Assembly (NCBI GenBank): GCA_043228905.1
Contig: JBHGNT010000005.1
Coordinates: forward strand, 19,530,001-19,594,000
Source: Azolla caroliniana
Lineage: Eukaryota; Plantae; Polypodiophyta
Length of the DNA: 64,000 nt
Direction: 5' to 3'
This document shows, in pieces, positions 10,883 to 24,135 of the stretch. The position numbers and the translations under genes were made by a program. The notes beneath the pieces were generated by a model. That model was not told where the DNA came from and made no database searches. It was given only the letters and a program-made list of their open reading frames with translations. The stretch's first letter is position 1; every line of letters starts with the position of its first letter.

Positions 10883-13800
10883 ATACCCTTGTGCACGACG
10901 TGTTTTTGCAAGCTTTCTATGATATGGGAGCTCTTTTCTGGCCCTTCCTATCCTTAAAACATATTCCTCCTCTTCTCGGCTCTCTCGACCTTTGTATGAT
11001 GGCATATTTATAGCATGCACTCCCACTTCTTGTGCTAATATTTTGCTTGCTAGCTCATGAGCCCTTGCATTAATATCTCTTGGGATATGTCGAAATTGAC
11101 ACTCCACAAACTGGCTTTGCAGTTGCATCACTTGTTGGAGAAGGGGACGAAGACTATCCTTTTGCACCTTCCACACCCCTTGCACTTGTCTTATGATCAA
11201 CAATGAATCTCCCTTCACCATCAAACTTCTAATCCTTTTTTTTAAGCATACTTGTAAGGCATGAATTAAGCTAAGATACTTGACAGCTTCATTGTGACTA
11301 TTTACTTCAATGCGATCACTTCCACTCCATAACTCGTAGCATTCTCTATTCACGAAAGCATATCCAATTCCTGCAATCTTTGTTTTTTGCTTAAAATCAC
11401 CATCAAAATATAATACCCCTTCAAACTTTTCCAACATTATTTCAGACTCATTGATTGGTTCGACATGAGCATCTATCTCTTTTACACCTTTTTTTGGCAC
11501 AAGTTTCTTATAGGTAAGCAAATCCACCATCTTAGACCTATTAGTTTCTTCCTTAATAAAACTTACTTCAAACTCTTGTATAATAATTATTCACCATTTT
11601 ATACGTGGGCTATCACTCGGAAATCTTAACATATGAGGGAGCAAAGCACATGAAGTAATAAAACTATTGTGATTCTTCCTAACAAAGACGACTTCCATTT
11701 TTGGAGTGAAAACACCGATTGCCATAAAAGTTTTTCTTCGTGTGTCCAAGCCTTCTCTACCATTGACATCTTCCTACTAATATAATATATTGGACACATA
11801 TATGATTGCTTAATACCTTTTTGCATTAATACTACACCTACTGCTTCAACATCCACACTCAAGCAAACATAGAAATTATGGTTGATCCCAATTAGGTGGC
11901 ATTAGTATGGGTAGAGTACTCTACGTGAAAGATATCGTACCTTTTGTACAAAGCTTAACAATTGCTTTGTAGAGGTCAGAGCATCCATCAATAGTAAAGA
12001 TTCTACTTTACTTGGATCGGGAGCAATCCCATTAGCATTAACTTCATGCCCAAGTAGAATAATTTTACTATGTGCAATTTTGCACTTATTAGGATTCAAT
12101 TGTCATCCATCTCCATCTATTTTAGCAAAAATTTGATTAAGCTTTTCTACATGACTCTTTATATCACTATATATTCCTATGTAATCCATAAATGACCTTG
12201 CAAATTTTCCAAAGAAAAGGACTTAACAACCTATACATCCATCCTTGAAAAGTTGCATAAGCATTAACTAACCCAAAAGGCATCCTAGTGTAACAAAATA
12301 CACCCCATGGAGCGATGAAACTAGTTAGCTTTTAATCTTCATGTGCAATTTCTATTTGAAAATATCCACAAAAGCCATCACATATTGAATACCTTTCATG
12401 TCCCGCCACTTCATCCAATATCTCATCTTGGAAAGGCATTAGGTAATGTTGTCGCTTGGTTGCCACATTTAAAGGTCTGAAATCCACACATACTCTCCAC
12501 TTGCCATTCTTCTTAGGTACTATGACTACTGGAGATACCCAATCAACATCATCCAGCAGCCAACAACTTGCTTACCTCTTCCTCCAAAATCTCTCTCCTT
12601 ATATTGCCCAACCTTCATAGTTTTGCGGAACTGGCATTGCATTGCAATGAAACTTTATCTCGTGTAACACAGAATGTGTTCCCTCATCTGAGTATACTCC
12701 GTAGCAAAAAACTTAGGATACTTATCAACATAGCTTAGGAACGAGTTCTAGTGCTTGGGCGAATGTCATATCCACTTTCCTTTCTTTCAAGTCATTCAGC
12801 AATGAATATGTTTCTTGATTTAAACCTAATGGATAATCCTTTATAGCTATCCCCCTCTTTGATTCTTGAAGTTTCTTTCCTTGCTTATCCTTATGCTTAC
12901 TAGGTTCTCCCTCTTGTGATATTGCTCCATCTTTCACCTTATTATGCAATCTAGTTCGCATTCTTGAGCCTCCCTCATGCTCCTCTACATGAGCTCTCTT
13001 TCTTACTAAAACGTCATATGAATTCCCATCTAGCATGACCTTCCCACACGTTGGATCTAATGCATTCTTTACATTATCATTCTTCTTAAACTCAATTAAA
13101 TTAATATCATGAGCATTTACTTTATTTTGTGACCTTTGCTCTTCTACTCATCTTGGAATCGGGGCAATACCTCCTTCTCGCTTAGGATGTGGACAATTTG
13201 GTGAAATATGCCCTCGTGCAAAACAATCATAACACTGCACATTGGGATTTTGCCTCCCAATATCTTTCTTCTGTTGACAAATTTGCATAGATCTTGTAAG
13301 TTCAGCTTGGTTGATACAAATCTTACTTACTTCATTAGCCTTCTTTGCCACTTGTTGTTCAAGATTCATGGTCCCACTTGTAGAAGACTCTCGCCATGAA
13401 GACACATCAAGACTTTTTTCATGTACCCTGTGAACATATGGTGTCGCACCTTCAATAGCTTCATCATCTTCTCTCATGTTCCTCCCAAGCTTTCTCATCC
13501 TCCTTCTCCATTTACTTATTGCCACTTCTTTTTCCCTTTCAAAAGATTCAGGTTCCTTATCATCTACCTTCTCTTTAATATCCTCATGCAAGGCCACGAT
13601 AAATTGGTCACGTTTCATAAAATCAGGCGGAACTTGATCATTTCCTAATCTCTCCAATCTCCTATATAAATATTCAAACCTCCTAATAAAATCCCTAATA
13701 TCCTCTTCATGTCCTTACCTTACCCTTCTAATATCCTTCCCAATAGCTTGTGGGGTCTCGAGTTTTTTAAATTGGGTTAACAATGCTTGTTGCAAACGTG

Positions 13801-14734
13801 CCCAATCATTCTTCACCTCTTTTGGCACCGACCTTACATACCAATCTAAAGACAGCCCATCCAACAAAATGCTTACCATTATTGTTAGATCCGCATCACT
13901 CTTCCCAACTTGTAGAGCCCAAATCTTCACCTGATGCACGAATTGCACCACATCACTATTTGTCTCGGTGAAAGGCTCACTAAAGAGATCCGTCATTATT
14001 TCGAAACACCCAACTGCCAAAATATGCAACAAATATAACAATACCACCAATTCCAATATTAAAATACTTGGCCTTGATTATGACAAAACCGAAAGTCCTC
14101 GGTCGTTATCAAGATTGGTCCTCATTGGGGGCACCAAAACATGTTGCGCAAGAATTTGCCTCTCAAAACTCTAGCACAATACATCTAGAAACACACAAGG
14201 CACATCATCATACGGCACCATAACAACATATTTGAGTTTAAGAAAGACCACAAACACAAAAGGAGATGAATGGGTATGACAAAGACAATCAATGAAGAAA
14301 CATGAGAGGGGAAGTTCTAAATCAAGAGTTGATATAATTCTCACTACATAAAAGAGGGTTTATAAGTTTTGTGATAATCATCCAAGTACAACAAATAAGA
14401 GATTGGAAGTGACAATGATATGTATCATAATCTATGAGAGAGGAAAGGAGAACGAACATAGAGTATCTATTAACAAGACGGATATAAAAACTCACACTAC
14501 ATCAAGAGAGATATTCTAAGGCTACCCTCAAACCTCCCACACTTATACTTATATACAATAGGGGCGTCATTGTTTAGTGTGTGCATGTATCTTGCCACGT
14601 GTTGCACATGTAACACTTCATCCACTTTCCTTTGATTGCAACCAATAGATCTTCTATTTTGGGTATGAAGACTGTTGATTCTATTCAGGACCCCTGTTAG
14701 ACATTTGTAGCACATCAAGCAAGCTTTCCACACA
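10883..14734 (-). mobile_element. Degraded Ty3/gypsy element, Tat-like (RT-RH-aRH order), truncated by the copia A insertion
   Basis: Putative LTR about 14142-14734, PBS-like TGGTGCCCCCAATGAG ending near 14136, gag (13715..14056), zinc knuckle CYDCFARGHISPNC (13148..13657), RT (SPVVIVPKKNGKWRVCVDFRPLN near 12470-12535, and 11902..12099), RNase H (11626..11862), and an additional archaeal-type RNase H (LYFDG...VKGDSLLIIRQVQG...HIPRDINARAHELA, within 10820..11530). The outer LTR boundary is uncertain. Confidence 0.85.
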
Positions 14735-14949
14735 ATGTTTATTTATTAAAATCCAATATAACCTTGAAATATTATGGCCAAAACATTAATTGTCTATTGT
14801 AAAGGCACTCTTTGACTATGTCACACCAATTTACCTTGATTCTTCAAATCTACCTTCGACCAAAGCATCCATCATCATGCTTAAAGTGTCATAACCAGCT
14901 TGTATCCATATTTTACTATCTTCTAACCACTTTGTTGAGCACAAGTATC

Positions 14950-16100
14950 TACAACACGACAACTATCTCTTTCCACTCACAAAACGATTGGGACTCAGAG
15001 GCAATGGAGGATTGTGTGACTGTGGAGTTTTGCGTAGGACATGGGTTTTCCCCACCACTCACCATTCCATCACATCGTTATCGGGTCGTGGTGTGGGAGG
15101 CCTTTGATGTCCTATGGTGCCACGGCCTTCCAAGGTCTCCTTGATCTTCAATGACTCTCATGGGGCAGTTCTTTTTTAGATCACCAAGTTTTTTGCATTC
15201 AAAACATTGCCCCGGTGCGTCGATCACTTCTATTCATTGTTCAATCCGCATTTCGTTTTTTCCAGGAATGAGGATCTTGGAAGGAAGCTTATTGATGTCC
15301 TACATGAAAAGGCATGTATAGAGGGAGGACTTAGGTGCTTCTTTAGCCTGTTTGGTAGAGTTAATTCCTCTTCCAGCATCATACTGAAGGAATTTCCAAT
15401 AGTAGGAAGTAACATGTTGTATTGTAAGGATAAGCCAGGAAACAGTTAAATTGTAACCTTTTTCATGGAATCATCCTATTGCGCGACATTCTCTGGGTTA
15501 AAACCACGTGTCCATTTATGCATGAACATTCATGAGTTTCAGACCTTGTAGGGGAAATTGCGATAAGGTTCACTGCAGAATCATTGTCCTCTAGGACAAT
15601 TTGATAGAAACCTTTACGAAGCGGTTGGGAGGGATCCTGAACTATTGTGTTTTGTTGGGAAGGCTATCACTCGTCGAGTGTTTCTGTTGTGTTGGGTTTT
15701 TTTCTCTTTCTTCTTTTTTTTTGGGATGGGGGGGGACGCTCTCGTCGAACTTTCCTTTTTGGTTTTGGACGGTGAAGGGTCGTAGCACAACAGCCATAGG
15801 GATGGGGGGCTGGCGGTGAGGAGGCCAGCGAGTCCCTTACGCGAGATGGGGAGCAGGACCAATGACGCCCACCAACTGTAGGTCGTTAGCATGAAGTTGT
15901 CGGGGGGGACTATAGGTCCTGTAGAGGGTGTGGTGGAAGGGGGACCTGTGTGTCCCACATCTGCAAGCCTGCGCTTTGCATTAGCAAGTGTACGCGATTC
16001 AACCCTGCACTTGCTCTGCTCTCGCTTTAGCTCTCACATAGATGCGCTTCAACTCCTACTCCGCTACTCCTTCTCCTGCTTTGCTATACTCCTTGTGAAG
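14950..16100 (-). mobile_element. L1-like LINE ORF1 remnant
   Basis: The minus strand gives WTRGFNP...LFPGLSLQY near 15420-15515 and a zinc-knuckle-like EVIDAPGQCFECKKLGDLKKNCP near 15163-15230, as in plant L1 ORF1. It is fragmented and the boundaries are approximate. Confidence 0.6.
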
Positions 16101-16469
16101 ATTGTTTGTCAGAAAAAAACATTAGTTGTAATTTTTATGAAAAAGGAGACAATGTAACTTTTCGTATTTGGTTAAATTTTGTGATTTTTCAATTTTATGA
16201 AAAGGTGGAATTTTAAGCTTTTCCATAGAATCTTTGGGAATGTGTGATATTGGTATCAATGTGTTTTGTAAAATGGTTAAAAAAACCCCGAAATCAAACG
16301 GAATATTCCTTAGATTCCTTCCATTTGTGGGCGATCCTTCCACTTGTGAACGCAAACGTATTCACCATTGTAACCTCTTGATGTGGCTCTTAAGCCTTAT
16401 AATAAAATTGTGTTGCGTTCCTACATCCAATAATTTGTGTGTAAACTTCCTTGTGCGTTCAGTCATTTT

Positions 16470-16800
16470 GTGACAAGGGGATCATTTCGAGCGTGTGTAG
16501 GCACCTCTCCTCATCATAAAGGCGTTCGGACTTTCATGTTTGTGTTCTCGTCCACTTCCTTGTGTGTTCGGTCGTCTTGTGATGAGGGGATCGTTCGGGC
16601 ATGCCCACACACCTCTCCTCCTCATAAAGGCGTTCGAACTTTTGTGTTTTGTATTCTCGTCCACTTCCTTGTGCATTCGGTCGTCTTGTGACGAGGGGAT
16701 TGTTTCAGGTGTGCCCATGCACCTCTCCTCCTCATAAAGTCGTCTAGATATTCGTGAATGCATCTTCTCCCTTTCATTGTGCGTTCGTCTTGTGTGCCCG
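16470..16800. repeat. About 109-bp tandem repeat, about 3 copies
   Basis: ACCTCTCCTC(C/A)TCATAAAG recurs at about 16503, 16611 and 16721 with conserved flanks. Confidence 0.85.
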
Positions 16801-17894
16801 TCCGTTCACTTGTGTGGTGAGCCGAAAGCTCGACGAAACCCAACATTCAACGAGCCACAAAGCTTGACGAATTGTGGTCAACGGTAGCCATCGATTTCAC
16901 AAAAAGGTCAACGAGCCCTTGCACGGCAAGTAATCTTCTTCGACACGCAAACCTTAGGTCTTCTCCACCCTCATCTTACTCCCTAGTCTGAGACCCACAT
17001 CTTACTCCCTAGTCCAAGTAGCTAGCACACGCCAAACTTCACAACACCGTTTAATGGCAAACAAAGAAACACGCTACAGTAGCTCTCTCTTCCACCAAAG
17101 TAGAATACATAGCAACTACCCTCACTACGAAGGAAAGATTATGGTTTTAAGTCCATCATTTATGAACTCGCCATCCTCAAAATCTCTAAATTCAAGTTAT
17201 GGTGTGACAACCAATCTTGCATCAAAATTACTAAGGACCCCAAGATCACAAGGCAATACAAGCATATCCAAGCATGCCGTCACTTCATCTCAAAACTTCT
17301 TGGTTGTGACCATGCCAACACAACTAACTAAGTTGTTCAAGTTTAGGGTTTAAAATGCCTTTGTTGAAGACATTTTAAAAGAGTTGAAGAAAAGGATACT
17401 TCATGAAAACACAAGCAAAATGATTAGATAATTGTGAATATATGGGCTCCCAACTCAAAAGAAGATTCTCTTCCAAATGACCATTGTAAAAAAGAAGGGA
17501 AATTATAGCTCTCATTAGAATCCTATGGTATAGAACAAAGAGAACTAGGAAATACTTTAACTATAACTTTATGGAGTTGAAGACGTGAACAAGCACAAAA
17601 CAAAACCAAGAAAGATGATAATATTCGAGCACACTTCAAAATAAAGTCACTAACATTTGTGTATTGAATAGTTGCACTTGCGTTACGAATCTAATTATAA
17701 AATGTGATTTAGTAATCATACGTTATAGCAACTTGTTGATGTAAGGAAATGATTAATAATTAACCTAGATCAGTAAAACATGCACACCCCTTGTGACTTC
17801 TATTGGGATGATGATTGCGTGATTTAGGGTAAGAATTGTTTATTTGACTACCAAAATATGGTTTGGGTAATGCTATACTTCACCAACAACCCAA

Positions 17895-18042
17895 AATACC
17901 TAAATGCCCTTTACTGAAACCTCCAAAAGAGACAAAAGATGATATGGAGCATATCATCACTCAAACAACATATCATATAGAAATGCTCAATTGTTGGCTA
18001 TCCAAGTTGGTGAAAACAATGAAAATCTAGGGGCATCTGGGC
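17895..18042. mobile_element. MITE-like inverted-repeat element (same family as 43064-43232, opposite orientation)
   Basis: Imperfect TIRs ACCTAAATGCCCT / AGGGGCATCTGGG. The reverse complement of the right end matches the 43065 copy (CCCA(A/G)ATGCC.CTA.ATTTTCA). Confidence 0.5.
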
Positions 18043-19115
18043 TTTCTGACAATTGCATGCAAGTTGTTTTTAACTACTAAAGTATAGGACTTGCATTTAA
18101 TGGCTACACACAAGTTTTAGAAACTTGGTTCCTTCTAAATAATTAACTTTAACAAAACCTTAGTCGAACAAGACTTTTCGAAATGGTGAAACCACCAAAA
18201 TACCCCTTATATTTTAGCAATTTATAAAAGTATCCCTAATGTTTTTTATATTCCCAAGATACTCACTAACTTTGATCAACCAATTGGACGAAGAATTAAC
18301 ACTAATCAAACTAACATTATTGGTAGTAGTTATATGGTCTCTAATTAACACTTGTAATCAAGCACTTATAACCACTCATAGAAACTTGCATTTTAGCCTC
18401 TAATTGATATTAATAGAGTTAATTTGATTTGATTAGAAAAAAGTGCTATTTTTAAAGTTTTTAAAAAGAAAACTGAAATACTCTTCGAATGTAGAAGAAA
18501 ACATGGGAATAATTTGGTAACTTTGCAAAAAGTTACAGGTATGTTGGTGTACAAAATTAGTTGAAAAAATTACATTCAACACCAAGAGAGAGTTCTGTTT
18601 GGCTTTTCTCCCAAAATGTGTATTAGGAGTGTTTGACAACAATGTATTGAGTCTTTCTTTAAATAGAGTTCTAGTTTCTTGAACGCACGATTTACATGTG
18701 AGTTCTGTATTCATACCTCATATCAACTCTTAATCTTTCATATCACATGATCGTCAAAAGTTTTTTAAAACCTCCAGTAAGTTTAAGGGAGTTCCTTTTA
18801 TAAAAGTTAACAAAAACTTGTTGTCTCAAAATGGAAGCGTAAATCAATTTTGCTTTCTTTTTTACATCTAAAAAACACTACTACTTGTGACACCTTTCCT
18901 CTTGATAGCTTTGGAACATAAATATTGTAATCCATGAGAGCTTCATGGCTAAAATGATAGGCTAACATTTCGTCTACAAAAATAGGGATAGTATACTCAT
19001 GGTAACATCAGTGGGGTGCTATATATATAGATATATACTATGGGTCTTAATGGCTTTTTCAAAAATGTCGAGCAAAATTCAGACCATCAAACAGCCTGAA
19101 AGTCTTTGAAACTTC

Positions 19116-19544
19116 TCATGAGATCCTTTGTAGAATTAATTGGGCGCCATACTTGGGCCTCAAGGTAAGAAGAGTGACAGGTGCATGCCTATATGTGGGT
19201 GATAGTGTGAAACTAAACCTTTGAAGAATCATAGCAAGAACAATTTTTGTTTCCATGAGCGCAAAGCCTTGACCAATACAATTTCGTGGCCCAAATGCAA
19301 ATGGTATGTATGCAAGGGGGTGTTTGCATGCGTGTGCGACTCCTTGTTCAAATCGTTGTGGTTTAAACTCATGTGCATCCTCACCCCATAGCTCTTTGTC
19401 TAAATGAAGAGCGAGGACGGGTATCCACACAGATGCGTCCTTTGGTATAAACATGTCACCTAATTGCATGTCCATCAATGCATATCTTATTATGACAATC
19501 GCAGGAGGGTACAATCTTAATGTCTCATTTATAATCATGCCCAA
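19116..19544 (-). CDS. CYP735A: CYP735A-like exon 5
   Basis: LGMIINETLRLYPP...FAFGPRNCIGQ...QRIS*; acceptor TTTTGCAG. Confidence 0.93.
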   Translation of the reverse strand: MGMIINETLRLYPPAIVIIRYALMDMQLGDMFIPKDASVWIPVLALHLDKELWGEDAHEFKPQRFEQGVAHACKHPLAYIPFAFGPRNCIGQGFALMETKIVLAMILQRFSFTLSPTYRHAPVTLLTLRPKYGAQLILQRIS

Positions 19545-22500
19545 CTGCAAAACCAAGCAATAAAAATTCTCATCAAAACCCTTTTATGTATGTCATATTA
19601 TAACAATGATAACAACACATTCAATGCATATTATGCAAGAAAAATCTAATGATCTAGTCTTGAGATATTGAACCATTTGTTTATGCGTATTAAGATCAGG
19701 ATATCAAAAAGTGAACCTTCAATGGAAAAAATAAGGAATTGGTTGGGGAAACATACAATTTTGAGCTTGTGTAGTGACTCTGCCTCTAGCAACTCCACAC
19801 CACTCCTGCCAAGGACGTCAATGACCTCTTCTCTAGCCTTCTCTTGCCACTCAGGATTAGATGCAAGGAGAACCATTGTCCAAGTGAGCAATCCGGCCGA
19901 GGTCTCATGCCCAGCAAAGAAAAATGTTTTGCACTCATCCATGATTTGTTGGATATTGAACTTTGGTGACAAATATGGTTTTTTGGTATGATGACCATTA
20001 TTGGAATAATTGCTCTTGCTTATACCATTGGTATTATTATTATCATTACGATTATCACATTGAATACCTTCACCCTCTCTTAGCATTAAACCAAGTAAAT
20101 CATTTCCATATGATTCAATTCTTCCTATGTTCACCAAGTCCCTTCTCTCTTGTATGACCTCTTTCATTAAAATTTCCATCTCTCTCTTTAGGCTCCATAT
20201 CTCCCGATTCCAAGAAGTTGGCAAAAACCTATAAAAATTTGAAGGAAAAAATTAAGAAATGAAATCCAACTTTGTTGGAATATATCAACAATATGGCTGA
20301 TACATCATTGGTTTTGGATACTTATGAATAAATGGGGAAGAAATAGATAAAGATAAAATAAGAATGCATGTAAATTTTATTTGATCATAAATAACATTCA
20401 ATCTACAATGTTGAGATTAGCAAGCCTTGTGAGAAAGACTAGATCTATGTTAGGATAACACTCTCCTAAATGCATAGTTATCATGAACACAATGTCTAAC
20501 TAATTCAAGCATGTTGAAAGCTAGAGTATTTCTCTCCACCCAACTAGACACATCCATCATGCTTATTAGATTGATCATAGTATGCACCATACGTACCATA
20601 TGTGCATTTGCGTTCGTGAATGATTGAAACATTCGCGAAAGAAAAACACCCTCAAAGAATGAGAAATACAATACTTTTGGATTAACTATTTATTATGAGG
20701 TAAATAAGCCTAAAAATGGAAAAAAAATATTAAAAAATGGGGGAAAAACAAAAAAAAAAAAACACAAGAATGTTTGAATAATATTCGCATTCGTTTTCCT
20801 ACTAGACGAACACGAATTTTACGTACTATGAGACTGATTATACAATATGAAAGGAACACTTGCACAAATCTTAACACGTTTAGTAAGAATTTCACATGTT
20901 TATCCAGTAGCCTATTGCTAGGACCCTCCTAGAACTAAACTTGCTTGATTTGACTCTTTAATAATGATATGGTATGAATGAGTCTACTTTATAAGCATTG
21001 AGGCCTAAAAGTAAAGATTGCACCTGCTTCCGGGCAACCAAACAAAGTGTGCAAATTGAAGGGTGAGCTTCTGAAGAGAAGTGAGGAGGTCGAAGATGCG
21101 TTTGCCTTTTTCATAACTACTCCCAAATTCGGTGCATGCGATGATATCTGCAGTAAGGACGCGGAGGTGAGTGTGAACGTCCACCTCCTTGCCACCCTTT
21201 ACAACAAGGCCCTCCCATGTCCCCAACATTGTCTTTGTACACTTGGCCATCACCCCAACAAGTCCCTTGTGAATCCACAACACAGATAGAGCACAAGTTT
21301 GATAATTGGTTATTGTGTCAATTTCATTTATTAATCAATGCTTATTCATGGATGGAATTGTGTATGTAGTAATAGTAAGCACGTGAGGTGTGTGTATACA
21401 CACATACACACTTCCCCATTGTCCCCCATTACCGTTTTATTATTTTTTCTAATCATGTGCTTTACAAGCAACATAGTTCAATCCCCAAATTTTCATAAGT
21501 TTAAATTAACTTCATAACGTTATACTACATTATTGAAGAAACAAAAAAGATAAATGTACTAACATCGCTAAAGAAATGCTCTCTATTATGTCAATTATAG
21601 AATTTATACATGTGCATAATGGAATAGACAATTGTAACAATATTCAAAGCCTATGGCCCTATGTAGAAAATACGTTGAGTCGGTACCATGACTAACCATA
21701 GTTTGTCCTCTTACATTGTGGCCCATGAGTAGATGGGAAGTAAAAGTGCATATTACACGAGAAATTGTTTATGGGCCTTTGTAGTGTTTATAGATAGTAT
21801 GATTAGGGTCAACTTTACATATCACATTTGTGCATGGTCACACTTTTAACTATATACAACTAGCTTTATAACCAAACCCATGCCTATGGTACAAGGAAGT
21901 CACACTTCAAATGGGAGTTATTCATGTACATGAGGGTCTTGCTATTGAGCATCCATTTAGACAAGAGTTATGCATGTGCATTCTTCTTCTACGACGACAA
22001 TGAGGAGGAGGAGGATCAATGAGATAGTATCAAAGAGGTGACTGAAATGTGTTGGATCAATGAGCTAGTTTCAAAGAGATGAATAAAATGTGTTGGATCA
22101 ATGAGATAGTATCAAAGAGGTGAATGAAATGTGTTAGATCAATGAGATAGTATCAAAGAGATGAATGAAATGTGTTGGATCAATGAGATAGTACCAAAGA
22201 GGTGAATAAAATGTCTTAATTCTTTTATGTCAAGAGAATAGCAACATACGCTTGGACAAACTTAGAACGGGCCAACGGGAACTAGTGTTCCTTGCATTGC
22301 AGGGGGTGGCTCCAATTAGGGCCGACAATATAACATGATGCCTAGCTAATTGCACCAGCTAATTGTAAACAAACCCATGCTTAAAAAGACACATATAGTG
22401 CCACCAAATTCTACATATATGTAAACAAACCCAAACTTAAAAGGACACATATAGTGACACCCAATGCTATAGAAACCCATACTTAAGACACATATAGTGA

Positions 22501-24135
22501 CAACCCAATGCTACATATATGTAAACAAACCCACATTTAAGACACATATAATGACAACCCTGAATGCTACATATATATGCATACACACAAAACACATATA
22601 TAGATATAGTCTTAGAGATATGAGATTGTTAGTACCTTGAGCCTCTCGAGGTGGAATGCGGGTGCGAGGGTGCGGCGCTGGCGAGCCCAGGCTTCCCCGT
22701 TGGCCATCACGAGTCCGCGGCCGAGGAAATGCTCGCAACACCTCTGCTGGACGAATGACTTGCCGTACGAGAGCACACGCTTGGTCGACAACACCTCCCT
22801 TATCAGCTCCGGCTCCGTCACCACCACCCGAGGCTCCGATGCCTCCCAAAACACGAATCGCTTCCCTACCATTTGTGCACATACATACATATATGACATA
22901 TATATTATCCATAATTTACAATATCATCGGATTCAATTCGATTCCGATGAATTGTCAAGTCTTGACTATATTTTGCAATTAGATATATGGATGCATTTGG
23001 ATTGACAATGCATTGGGATTCTTAAATGAATTAACTATCATGCATTGGGATTCTTAAATGAATTAATTAACTATCATGCATTGGGATTCTTAAATGAATT
23101 AATTAACTATCATGCATTGGGATTCTTATGAATTAACTATCATGCATTGGAGCTCTAATGAATTAACAATGCATTGGAAGTGCTAAAAGAGGTAACGACC
23201 GCGATGGATGTAATGATGGAAATGGGCTGATAGACAAAAATTAGGTTAATAAAATGTTATGATGGTTAAGGATTGATGTATATGTAATCATGATGGAAAT
23301 GGGCTGATGGACAAAAATTAGGTTAATAAAAGGTTATGATGGTTAAGGAGTGATTAAGGATTGATGTCATATTGTAATGATGGAAATGGGGCTGATGGAC
23401 AAAAATTAGGTTAATAAAAGGTTATGATGGTTAAGGAGTGATTAAGAATGTAATTAACCAAATGGGGCTGATGAGAGATAAGGTTTAAAAAAATGGTATC
23501 ATGGTTAAGGAGTGATTAAGAATGTAATTAACCAAATGGGGCTGATGAGAGATAAAGTTAAAAAAAATGGTATGATGGTTAAGGAGTGATTAAAGGATTT
23601 AATTAACCAAATGGGGGGGGGGGGGATGAAAGATAAGGTTAATAAAAGGGTATGATGGTTAAGGAACTGATTAAGGAGTGATTAAGGGACTGATTAAGGA
23701 GTGATTAAGGGGCTGATTAAGGAGTGATTAAGGAGTGATTAAGGAACTGATTAAGGAGTGAATTAATCAAGGAATTGAGGAGATTAGCATACCATAAGAT
23801 TGTGTCCATTTGGTGTAGTAAGGGAGCATGCGGCAGAGGATGTCATGGCAGAGGTGGGGCATGTCTGATGCCATCTCCTCCCCTTCGAGCTTCATGATTT
23901 CTATGTAGTTCCCGATCATGAACTTTGGATGAGGCCCATGGATACCCTGCAGACGGAGTGCCCGCTGCAGAGAACGGGGATGCCACCACAAGGACCTCAC
24001 CACATTCGCAAGCACCATTAGTAACCTGCACACTAGGCTTGCCGCTAACCCTAGGCAGAGCAGGGCCATGGCATAGCTCCATGTCCATGAGGATGTGCTC
24101 GCCGCTTTTGATGGCGATGGCACAACAATCATCAT
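19116..24135 (-). CDS. CYP735A: Cytochrome P450, CYP72 clan, CYP735A-like (putative cytokinin trans-hydroxylase); 5 exons, about 571 aa
   Basis: Exons 24135-23793, 22865-22636, 21265-21024, 20228-19757 and 19544-19116 all have GT-AG boundaries with consistent phases (1716 nt). Motifs: N-terminal membrane anchor, GRGLVMANGEAW..QR...APAF, I-helix DECKTFFFAGHETS, ETLR, PQRF and heme-binding FAFGPRNCIG. The stretches TEFGSSYEKGKRIF, PGSRFLP..WNREI.SLK and IGR..SYGNDLLGL recall Arabidopsis CYP735A. Confidence 0.9.
19757..20228 (-). CDS. CYP735A: CYP735A-like exon 4
   Basis: RFLPTSWNREI...AGHETS...LHKLKI; includes an Asn-rich insertion. Confidence 0.92.
21024..21265 (-). CDS. CYP735A: CYP735A-like exon 3
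   Basis: GLVGVMAKC...LTADII..TEFGSSY...LPGS; donor AG|GTGC. Confidence 0.9.
22013..22215. repeat. 41-bp minisatellite, about 5 copies, in CYP intron 2
   Basis: Unit GGATCAATGAGATAGTATCAAAGAG(G/A)TGAATGAAATGTGTT. Confidence 0.92.
22364..22580. repeat. About 50-56-bp degenerate minisatellite, about 4 copies, in CYP intron 2
   Basis: Recurring GTAAACAAACCC...AAGACACATATAGTG...ATGCTACATATAT. Confidence 0.8.
22636..22865 (-). CDS. CYP735A: CYP735A-like exon 2
   Basis: GKRFVFW...APAFHLERLK; acceptor TAG, donor AAG|GTACT. Confidence 0.92.
23007..23765. repeat. Stacked minisatellites filling CYP intron 1
   Basis: About 31-35-bp ATGCATTGGGATTCTTAAATGAATTAACTATC x5 (23007-23180), about 75-85-bp units (23205-23660), and about 11-bp TGATTAAGGAG units (23660-23765). 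Confidence 0.85.
23793..24135 (-). CDS. CYP735A: CYP735A-like exon 1
   Basis: ATG, transmembrane anchor, GIHGPHPKFMIGN; donor G|GTATGC. Confidence 0.88.
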
